Below the pieces are notes generated by a model. The model was not told the DNA's origin. It was given only the letters and a program-made list of their open reading frames with translations, and made no database searches. Positions 25,705-32,000 of a DNA stretch of 32,000 nt are shown here, in pieces (the stretch's first letter is position 1; every line of letters begins with the position of its first letter). The stretch comes from Desulfobulbus propionicus DSM 2032 (GTDB taxonomy: Bacteria; Desulfobacterota; Desulfobulbia; Desulfobulbales; Desulfobulbaceae). Position numbers and translations under genes: made by a program. The stretch lies in the NCBI RefSeq assembly GCF_000186885.1, contig NC_014972.1, positions 1,560,001-1,592,000 on the forward strand, written 5' to 3'.

Positions 25705-27444
25705 TCATGCACTGGCAAGCGCTACAATCGCCCGGCTGTACTCGGTTTGCAGGGAGTGGAGATACTGCGGATCAACAGGACCTTTCCAGGTGGTGAGTTC
25801 ACGGAACCGCTGAGGGATGGTTATCGATTCTGGACGGAAGCCGCAGGCAAAACGGGTTTGCCAGCGAATCTTTTGAATGTTCCGGCCGCATTCGGGGATG
25901 GTGGCGGCCAGTTTTTCATACCCGAGCGATTGCAAGCAATCTGCCAGGAGGGCATCGGTATAGACATTGCGGGCAAACAGACAGGCCACTGTGGAGGTCA
26001 GGAAGGCACGTGATGCCTCGTCTCGGACAAGAAAGTCGACGGCGGCGTGGACATCCTGGCGGGCGTGCTGTTGGTCGTACGAATACCCGCCGCTGTCCAG
26101 ATGGGAATGGCGGAATCCAAGCGCCTGTGCGGCAAAAAATACCTCGCCGGTGGCATAGCCTGCCATTTCCTGGCCGAGCACGCAGGCAAAATCCTGCCCG
26201 CCATACACTTCGGTTGCCTTGAGGGTGCCTTGGCCGAGAAGCCGGTAGAAGGCATTGACTCCATTGCCAAAAAAATGGGCTGCCTGCTGATAGCGTGCGA
26301 CATCACCGAAAGTCAACGGCACCAATGTCTCTTGAGCGGATAATAAACCCTTTTCCGTGGCCTCAGTCGCCCAGGCAAGGGCAACCCCGGCTGACATGGC
26401 GTCCATTCCAGCCTTTTCGAATAGGTCAAGGAGCGTGAGTATTCCGGACCTGTCTGCCACGCCCAACATGGTGCCCAGTGAAAAGATTGTTTCATAGTCA
26501 TAGCCAACCTGCCGGTACAGGTATCTGTGGCTGTCCATGAATTTTTCCCGGACAAACCCAACATGGATACACCCCACAGGGCACCCCGAGCAGGCTGAGT
26601 TGCGCAACAGGGCCTCATCGGCGAACCGTTCGCCGGAGATGCGGTTCACTGCTTCGTCGGCCGTTGCCTGCAGGTTGCGCCAGGGCAGGGCTTGTAGGTC
26701 GTTGAGTGTCTTGAGATTCGCCGGGGTGCCGAGGTCGTGGTATTTTTTCATCATCCCGCTATCTGTCACTTTGCGGTGCACTTCTCCAAACAGTTTGGAA
26801 TAGCGGCTATCTTCAGGCAACGGCAAGATGGCATCGCCGTGGAGGATAATGGCCTTGAGGTTTTTCACCCCCATTGCCGCGCCACCGCCCAATCGTCCAA
26901 AATGGCGATAGGTGTCAATATTGATGCCCGCAATGGCCGCACCGTGTTCTCCCGCCGGGCCGATGCGGAGGATGGAGCGGTGCCCGGAACCTTTGCTCAT
27001 GCGCCGCAGGATTTTGCCTGTTTCGTGTACGTCCTGCCCCCAGAGGAAACCGCACTCCCTGACGTGGACATGGGTGCTGCTCACTTCCAGAAAACACGGA
27101 CCTGGCGATCGGCCAATAAGGACCAAGGCCTCAAGGCCAGTCAGACGAAGCGCCATGGCACTGCGGCCGCCGCCGTGGCTTTCGGTGTATTGATTGTGGT
27201 AGGGAGACTTGAAGGCGCAAATCGTCTTGCTCATCAAAGGAAAATAACCAGAGAGCGGGCCGATGGCAAAAATGAGCGGCTGCCCAGGAGAATCCCAGGC
27301 TGCATCAGGCTGCCCGTATCGAGAAAAAAGCAGGGCGGCCAGACCGCTGCCGCCGACGGCTTGATCGCGGCCTTCCACTTGAATACGTTGTCCTCTTCCG
27401 GTCGTTAGGTCGAAGAGCAAGACATGGAAACAATCCGTGTTCAT
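25705..27444 (-). CDS. aor: Aldehyde:ferredoxin oxidoreductase family (tungsten/molybdopterin AOR)
   Basis: The AOR N-domain reads VLLFDLTTGRGQRI...GGSGLAALLF...PLIFAIGPLSG...SPY. Further motifs are FGRLGGGAAMGVKNLKAIILHG, a Cys cluster region (CSGCPVGCIH), and a C-terminal AOR domain. An ATGA overlap joins it to the upstream ferredoxin gene. Confidence 0.88.
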   Translation of the reverse strand: MNTDCFHVLLFDLTTGRGQRIQVEGRDQAVGGSGLAALLFSRYGQPDAAWDSPGQPLIFAIGPLSGYFPLMSKTICAFKSPYHNQYTESHGGGRSAMALRLTGLEALVLIGRSPGPCFLEVSSTHVHVRECGFLWGQDVHETGKILRRMSKGSGHRSILRIGPAGEHGAAIAGINIDTYRHFGRLGGGAAMGVKNLKAIILHGDAILPLPEDSRYSKLFGEVHRKVTDSGMMKKYHDLGTPANLKTLNDLQALPWRNLQATADEAVNRISGERFADEALLRNSACSGCPVGCIHVGFVREKFMDSHRYLYRQVGYDYETIFSLGTMLGVADRSGILTLLDLFEKAGMDAMSAGVALAWATEATEKGLLSAQETLVPLTFGDVARYQQAAHFFGNGVNAFYRLLGQGTLKATEVYGGQDFACVLGQEMAGYATGEVFFAAQALGFRHSHLDSGGYSYDQQHARQDVHAAVDFLVRDEASRAFLTSTVACLFARNVYTDALLADCLQSLGYEKLAATIPECGRNIQKIRWQTRFACGFRPESITIPQRFRELTTWKGPVDPQYLHSLQTEYSRAIVALASA

Positions 27445-27887
27445 GAGGCAGACACCGTTGCATTTCTGGACGGATCAGGCCGAACCTCGTTCCTCTCGGC
27501 CAGTTCCAGGCAGTCATGCGGGCAGAAGGGGACACAGAGACCACAGTGTACGCAGAGGAAGGGTTCTCCCTCCGGGTCGAGGAAAATGGCATCGACCGGA
27601 CAGGCGGGCGCGCAGGCTCCGCAGCGATTACACAGTTTTTTCTTGACCACTACCCCGCCATCCTTGCGCGGCACCAAGGCGCCGGTCGGACAGACGTTGG
27701 CGCAAGGAGGGGACGTACAGGCCAGACAATGAACGGCTGTGAATCCGGTGGTTAGGCCTCCGGAAGAATGGATGCGAATCCCCGCAGTATCCCAGGACAG
27801 GCGATGGTGCAACAAGCGGGCACAGGCGAGGGAACAAGAGTGACAGCCAATACATCGATCCATCCGTGGAGTGAGCAAAATTTTCAT
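27441..27887 (-). CDS. 4Fe-4S polyferredoxin-like electron-transfer subunit (AOR partner)
   Basis: Multiple cluster motifs are present: CIGCHSCSLAC, CLACTSPPCANVCP, CNRCGACAPACP and CVHCGLCVPFCP. It is translationally coupled to aor. Confidence 0.85.
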   Translation of the reverse strand: MKILLTPRMDRCIGCHSCSLACARLLHHRLSWDTAGIRIHSSGGLTTGFTAVHCLACTSPPCANVCPTGALVPRKDGGVVVKKKLCNRCGACAPACPVDAIFLDPEGEPFLCVHCGLCVPFCPHDCLELAERNEVRPDPSRNATVSAS

Positions 27888-28368
27888 AGCATTCCTTGCC
27901 TGTTAATGATCTCCATGCCTTGGTTTCGATCAGGATTCCTTGCGAAAGGCCTCGCCGGCAACCTGGCAAAATACGGCATGTTGATTGGCGATACCTGCCT
28001 TGTCCAGCTGCGCCTTCATGCCAAGGAGGCGTTGATTCAGCAAGGGTTCTGGTCGGCGGACAGCTGTTCATCGCAGGAGGACATCCCAATGTCTGCCGCG
28101 GACGTAGACATCACCGGCGACATCGTCGGCTATCCCTCAGATGAAATTGACGATGGTGGCCCGGGTGATGTGGTTCTTGATTCGGCATCCTCTGGTCTTG
28201 CCGGTGCGTTTGCCTCATTTGCCTGGTCGGGGCGGCAACTTCCTGTTATACAGGCTTCCTTGTTTGTTTCAAGCCGGTTGCGCGTAGAGCGCGGCAACAT
28301 GTTTTTTTCAATGATACACAGGCATCGGACCCTTCGATTGTGTCTAATTGCCCCAGTAAACCAACGCA

Positions 28369-28764
28369 ATGAAAAAAAAGAACATTTTGAAGTTCCCCAC
28401 ACAAAACGACAGCTTTCCCTTTTTCAAGGAGATCCTTGAAAATGGCTACCACGTTTTCAGCATGGAAAACGCCAAAGTGCCGGATTATTACCCCAGCAAA
28501 TTTCCCGATTATCCTGGAGTCGATGTTCAGCATCTCCATATTGGCGATGTGATCACCATTCGAGTCTTTTTCCGTATCGGTTCCAGCCAGCATGTCCGCG
28601 CCGATGGCGGCTACCTGGATTTGGAGGTGGAGCACATCGAGGGTGAAACGGTGTTTGGAGTCATTCTGACCCGATTGCCCAAGGAGTTGCCGTTGCAGGC
28701 TGGAGATTCCTTGGAAATCTATCCTGACGAAATATTATATAAATCCCAAATGACGGAGCATTGA
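28369..28764 (+). CDS. Hypothetical protein (131 aa), first gene of a coupled trio
   Basis: The ORF has coding-like composition and no recognised family. Its stop lies 1 nt before the next ATG. It is AT-richer than the flanks. No clear SD is present. Confidence 0.55.
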   Translation: MKKKNILKFPTQNDSFPFFKEILENGYHVFSMENAKVPDYYPSKFPDYPGVDVQHLHIGDVITIRVFFRIGSSQHVRADGGYLDLEVEHIEGETVFGVILTRLPKELPLQAGDSLEIYPDEILYKSQMTEH

Positions 28765-28765
28765 C

Positions 28766-28948
28766 ATGGAACTCAACCACAATCAAGCGGCACTCATCCT
28801 CTCCGCCTCCGAGGATGGTGAAATTACCATGGATGTTGAGTCCCCGGATATGAACGGACTCGCCAGTGCGTTGTGCCACGCGCTGGCCAAAAAATTGATG
28901 CAGGATGAGCGATTTCAGGCGGAACTGATGGAGGTGCTAGGGAGATGA
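28766..28948 (+). CDS. Hypothetical small acidic protein (60 aa)
   Basis: It starts 1 nt after the upstream stop and overlaps the next gene through ATGA. A hand count gives 11 D/E versus 4 K/R. Confidence 0.5.
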   Translation: MELNHNQAALILSASEDGEITMDVESPDMNGLASALCHALAKKLMQDERFQAELMEVLGR

Positions 28949-29202
28949 ATTGGGGGGCAAAGAGAGTTTTTCATGAGCAATACCCCCATGGTGTGATGAA
29001 ATGCAAAATGTATGCACCCCAAGTCCAGGTATCAAACCGGAAGCGCCTTTTCGGTTCAAGGTATTTGGAGTGTCCAAGATGCGCACGGATAAGGTGGACT
29101 CCTTTTGCCAAGGTAAAAACGATTGTAAGGGAAAATAAGCGCTTTTTCTCAATTTCTATTGATAAAAGAGCTTCTGTCCATTATAAAAAGAAAAATAAAT
29201 AA
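28945..29202 (+). CDS. Hypothetical small, highly basic Cys-containing protein (85 aa)
   Basis: An ATGA overlap joins it to the upstream ORF. A hand count gives 22 K/R versus 4 D/E. It contains KCK and CPRC. Two hairpins follow it. Confidence 0.5.
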   Translation: MNWGAKRVFHEQYPHGVMKCKMYAPQVQVSNRKRLFGSRYLECPRCARIRWTPFAKVKTIVRENKRFFSISIDKRASVHYKKKNK

Positions 29203-29253
29203 TAATTGGGGTCCAGAAACATTTCGCGTTTCTGGAGGTTTTCTTGTTAGCCG

Positions 29254-29299
29254 GGCCGCTAACCGAAGCGTAAATGCTTCTGTTAGCGGCCTTTTTTTT
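29254..29299 (+). terminator. Rho-independent terminator closing the three-gene cassette
   Basis: GGCCGCTAAC (29254-29263) pairs with GTTAGCGGCC (29282-29291), with an inner GAAGC/GCTTC stem, and TTTTTTTT follows. A second hairpin, CCAGAAAC/GTTTCTGG (29213-29235), precedes it. Confidence 0.85.
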
Positions 29300-29345
29300 A
29301 TCTTTATGCGGGAAAAAACATAATTAATAGCTCCCTAACTGAAGC

Positions 29346-29379
29346 GAATCATTTTTTTGATTGTAAAAAAGAATGATTC
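29346..29379. promoter_or_regulatory. AT-rich inverted repeat (candidate operator) immediately upstream of the 29391 ORF
   Basis: In GAATCATTtttttgattgtaaaaaagAATGATTC, the arms GAATCATT (29346-29353) and AATGATTC (29372-29379) extend through T/A runs. The repeat ends 11 nt before the ATG. Confidence 0.45.
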
Positions 29380-29390
29380 ATTGATCAACC

Positions 29391-29903
29391 ATGAAGATAG
29401 ATAAGATCAGTATGTCTACGAGCGCTAAACGATCAAATCTTGGGAGAAAACCCAAGTTCCAAGAACCAAGTTCTTCTATAACAATCACCCTTCCTGATCG
29501 CATTTTACAACAGCTGAACATGGTTGATGCTGATCGGGCCAAAGGAATCGTTAAGTGTGTTGAAAATACACTGTCGAATGAAATTGATAAAAAATTAAAA
29601 ATATTAAAAATTTCAGAACAAGAAGGTGTGCTGACTATAGGTCCATGTAATATTCTTAAACAAATTCCTCATATAAAATTGATAGAGATATCTCCATTGC
29701 ATTACATTGTTTCAAAACCAGTTGGAACAACATTCGAAATGATCGAAATAGCAATTATTGACTTGCTTGAAAAAATTGGCGACGATCAAGCCGAAGAAAA
29801 AGAGATTTTGGTGAATATTAGAAAATATCTCAAAAAGCATCGAGAAAAAAATGCCTTGCAGACAAGAGAAATTATTCTTTTCAATGTTCAGGAAGAGGCT
29901 TAA
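29391..29903 (+). CDS. Hypothetical protein (170 aa), very AT-rich; N-terminus resembles a ribbon-helix-helix DNA-binding motif
   Basis: It is a long ORF in a strongly AT-rich stretch (about 37% GC in the first 60 nt by hand count). The segment SSSITITLPDRILQQLNMVDADRAKGIVKCVE looks like the beta-strand/helix/helix pattern of CopG/Arc-type RHH. No SD is present. Confidence 0.55.
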   Translation: MKIDKISMSTSAKRSNLGRKPKFQEPSSSITITLPDRILQQLNMVDADRAKGIVKCVENTLSNEIDKKLKILKISEQEGVLTIGPCNILKQIPHIKLIEISPLHYIVSKPVGTTFEMIEIAIIDLLEKIGDDQAEEKEILVNIRKYLKKHREKNALQTREIILFNVQEEA

Positions 29904-30012
29904 GAAAAAAATAAAGGAAATTTTTAACCTTGCATCACTGAGAGTGTCAGGCTCTGTCGTTTTTTCATGATCGTCTTTCCGCTACAATTGCTAACCGATA
30001 GCGTGGAAAGCA

Positions 30013-30606
30013 TTATAACCACCGACTAAGAACGTTTTTGATTCGCGAAGAAAAACGTTCAACTTCTTCGTTTGTAAGTGATTCTGCCTTATACAGTGAC
30101 AGCATTTTAAACCGACAGCGCCGCGCACATGCGCCCAACAAAGCAATTCTGAGAATCCGTTTGACCGGTTGCCACAACATCAGGCGATCCACCCACCAGG
30201 GCGAACCAAGTGTAGTGATGGCAAGCATTCTTTGAAGATTGCGGAGCCTCGGTTGTATCGGTCCGAGATCGGACGCATGATCATAGGCAACTCCGGGCGC
30301 CCATACACGATCAAACCAGCCTTTTAAAATTGCAGGAAATCCGAACCACCATGTGGGAAATACAAGAATGATGGCCTCGGCACTGAGCAACTGTGAGATT
30401 TCTTCTTTGACGGAATCAGCGTGGAACGAGGGGCTGTAGTAACTTCGGCGTTCGCTTTCCGTAAGCGAAGGCGAGAACTTGTCTAGATATAAATCTGTAC
30501 TAATTACATCATGCCCGCTATCGACCAAGGTTTGTATGGCCGCACGCGCCAGGCAGTGACACAGACTGTCAGGTAGAGGATGTGCGATGACGACAAGACA
30601 TTTCAT
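30013..30606 (-). CDS. Flavodoxin-like fold NAD(P)H dehydrogenase (quinone) / FMN reductase family
   Basis: The sequence MKCLVVIAHPLPDSLCHCLA...ILVFPTWWFGFPAILKGWFDRVW..G.AY is the Flavodoxin_2 (NQO1/KefF/MdaB-like) pattern. The ATG at 30606 is preferred over the GTG at 30660. Confidence 0.8.
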   Translation of the reverse strand: MKCLVVIAHPLPDSLCHCLARAAIQTLVDSGHDVISTDLYLDKFSPSLTESERRSYYSPSFHADSVKEEISQLLSAEAIILVFPTWWFGFPAILKGWFDRVWAPGVAYDHASDLGPIQPRLRNLQRMLAITTLGSPWWVDRLMLWQPVKRILRIALLGACARRCRFKMLSLYKAESLTNEEVERFSSRIKNVLSRWL

Positions 30607-30890
30607 AACAGGGCGGCCGATCGGTTCCGGTGCCTGCGCAGGAAAATTATGTTTCCGCACAACAGGTCGGATTTTTTATGAATACCCCCTGGCCTCCTGT
30701 TCTCGAGGCTATCGCGCTGGGAACCAGGGGCACCGGGAGTTATAAGCCGGTGTCATCTTTTTAGGGTAAAGATTATAAAGAACGCCGGAATACAAACAGG
30801 AAATTTTGGCCTCGCAAAGAGTTCAATATCCCGTCCTCAGAATTTGCAACCTCAAGGCCAACAATCAATACTCCGTTAGTGTGCCCCAAG

Positions 30891-30919
30891 TGTGACCTGG
30901 ATTTTTATTCCCAGGTCAC
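30891..30919. other. Stem-loop just downstream of the tRNA-Thr 3' end
   Basis: GTGACCTGG (30891-30899) pairs with CCAGGTCAC (30911-30919), a 9-bp perfect stem. The T-run is on the plus-strand side only, so its role as the tRNA terminator is uncertain. Confidence 0.4.
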
Positions 30920-30947
30920 TTTTACTTTCTATCTATCTGAAATTTTG

Positions 30948-31024
30948 TGGAGCCGATAACCGGACTTGAACCGGTGACCTACTGATTACGAATCAGCCGC
31001 TCTACCAAACTGAGCTATATCGGC
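30948..31024 (-). tRNA. tRNA-Thr (anticodon CGU), CCA encoded
   Basis: Hand-folded cloverleaf from the reverse complement: acceptor GCCGATA/TATCGGC, D-arm GCTC-AGTTTGGTA-GAGC, anticodon arm GCTGA-TTCGTAA-TCAGT (anticodon CGT), variable loop AGGTC, T-arm ACCGG-TTCAAGT-CCGGT, discriminator T, then CCA. Confidence 0.9.
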
Positions 31025-31100
31025 CTTGGAAGGTGTGGGACGCGCATGGGATGCTTTGAGGTTTTATCATGTAGCAATTTTATGGTACAGTGTCAAGGTT

Positions 31101-32000
31101 ATGAAACGCTCTTTGCTGCTGTTCATCATTCTCCTTGTTCTGACTAGCTGCCGTCCGGACGAAAGCCCTCCGCAACAACAGGCTGGGGGGACTGCAGTTG
31201 TTCAACCGGCGGCAGAAGTACCGGTCAAAAAGGGGTGCGGCGGCTGCCACGGCACGGTGCTCCTCGATCCGGCCCACCAGCAACTGGCCTGCGTATCCTG
31301 TCATGGTGGCGAGGATGATGAATCGCGGATCGACAAAGCCCATGCCGGACTAGTCGCCAGGCCCAGTCATCCAAGCCATGCCGCTGCAACCTGCGGTTCA
31401 TGCCATCCCCGGCAGGTGGCGGATGCCGCTCAGGCCACGCACTATACGTTGGCAAACAAGATCAACCAGATTCGCCATCATTTCGGTGCCAGGGATACGC
31501 TGCGCGCGCCGGGGGAAATTCCAGTCACCACCCCGCCCGCCACCCCGATCGCCTTGGTCGACGACCTGCTCCGTCGGCGGTGCCTGCGTTGCCATGTCTA
31601 TACCTCCGGGGACGATTATCCGGCCGTCACCCACGGCACCGGGTGCGCCGCCTGCCATCTCGCCTTCGACAACGGCAAGATGAAAAGCCACGCCTTTGCC
31701 ACTCCCACCGACAAACAGTGCCTGAGTTGTCATTACGGCAACTATGTGGGTAGCGATTATTACGGTCGGTATGAGCACGACTACAATTGGGAATACCGCA
31801 CCCCTTATTTTTCTACGACCGAACACAACACCGCTCCCCGGCCCTATGGTGTCGAAAGCCACGATCTGTCCCCTGATCTGCATCGGCAGCGCGGTCTGGT
31901 CTGTATCGACTGCCACCCGAGGAATGGCCACCACATCAAGAAAACGATCGACTGCCGCAGCTGTCATGGCTGGCAGCCTGGCCAGCCGTTGCCGCCAACG
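31101..32000 (+). CDS. Multihaem c-type cytochrome lipoprotein, 3' end cut by window edge (absent from the ORF track)
   Basis: Hand translation from the ATG at 31101 gives 300 codons with no stop to the window end. The N-terminus MKRSLLLFIILLVLTSC has a lipobox (L-T-S-C). Eight CxxCH motifs are present (CGGCH, CVSCH, CGSCH, CLRCH, CAACH, CLSCH, CIDCH, CRSCH). The track ORFs at 31378-31967 are other frames of this gene. Confidence 0.88.
   Translation, partial: MKRSLLLFIILLVLTSCRPDESPPQQQAGGTAVVQPAAEVPVKKGCGGCHGTVLLDPAHQQLACVSCHGGEDDESRIDKAHAGLVARPSHPSHAAATCGSCHPRQVADAAQATHYTLANKINQIRHHFGARDTLRAPGEIPVTTPPATPIALVDDLLRRRCLRCHVYTSGDDYPAVTHGTGCAACHLAFDNGKMKSHAFATPTDKQCLSCHYGNYVGSDYYGRYEHDYNWEYRTPYFSTTEHNTAPRPYGVESHDLSPDLHRQRGLVCIDCHPRNGHHIKKTIDCRSCHGWQPGQPLPPT

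Noticed and set aside
27768-28439. 223-aa plus-strand ORF across the ferredoxin / small-gene intergenic region
   Set aside because: It starts antisense inside the ferredoxin gene and overlaps the first cassette gene by 70 nt. It has no RBS at any internal Met. It is reported only as a possible remnant, not as a gene.
1090-30660. Upstream-extended starts given by the ORF track (1090, 2309, 5861, 5952, 6329, 10797, 13515, 15259, 15344, 17538, 20790, 25549, 30660)
   Set aside because: In each case an internal start fits better. The reasons vary: the start follows a terminator (1168), has a good SD (6024, 6473, 10863, 13410, 15181, 20994), exposes a signal or Tat peptide, or matches family N-termini (2345, 25441, 30606). 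The extensions add non-homologous, compositionally odd residues.
23000-30947. Search for a direct repeat of the tRNA-Thr 3' end (att-like boundary), and for integrase or transposase genes, in the accessory stretch
   Set aside because: No copy of the tRNA 3' segment and no recombinase-like ORF was seen by eye. No mobile element or defined island boundary is therefore claimed. A computational repeat search is still needed.
31378-31967. Track ORFs 31378-31683 plus, 31400-31753 plus and 31398-31967 minus
   Set aside because: They overlap the 31101-32000 frame, which carries a lipoprotein signal and eight CxxCH motifs. They are alternative or antisense frames with no features.
1-32000. CRISPR arrays, rRNA genes, IS elements and large tandem repeats
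   Set aside because: No regularly spaced direct repeats, no rRNA-like sequence and no terminal inverted repeats flanking transposase-like ORFs were noticed anywhere in the window.

Overview
High-GC chromosomal segment that looks like a sulfate-reducing Desulfobulbales-type deltaproteobacterium; that assignment is an inference from gene content (sat, a NapM-type nap cluster, multihaem cytochromes). The window has three parts.

(1) Bases 1-12.7 kb are core genes. They hold sat (5' end cut by the window edge), aroB and an FmdB-type zinc-ribbon gene. A sensor kinase / sigma-54 response-regulator pair follows, transcribed divergently from a periplasmic nitrate reductase cluster napM-A-D-G-H, then an orphan Liv-type binding protein and ndk.

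(2) Bases 12.7-23 kb hold mixed functions: a Met/His-rich periplasmic protein, an ABC-F ATPase, a secreted hypothetical and a divergent MFS/LysR pair. A TetR plus carboxymuconolactone-decarboxylase-like pair with a duplicated operator comes next, followed by a cobalamin riboswitch with its terminator ahead of a BtuB-like TonB-dependent receptor.

(3) Bases 23-31 kb are a compositionally mosaic accessory stretch ending at tRNA-Thr(CGU). It contains a ferredoxin, a tungsten-type aldehyde:ferredoxin oxidoreductase and an acetolactate-synthase-like ThDP enzyme. It also contains a tightly coupled trio of small orphan genes, a very AT-rich orphan with an RHH-like N-terminus bracketed by short direct repeats, and a flavodoxin-like quinone reductase.

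The window ends in an open-ended multihaem cytochrome c lipoprotein gene that the ORF track misses.

The best candidates for something undescribed are the three-gene small-protein cassette (28369-29202) with the neighbouring repeat-bracketed orphan, and the c-haem sensor kinase / sigma-54 circuit apparently wired to nap. No CRISPR array, IS element or integrase was seen. All family calls are by-eye motif recognition; no searches were run.
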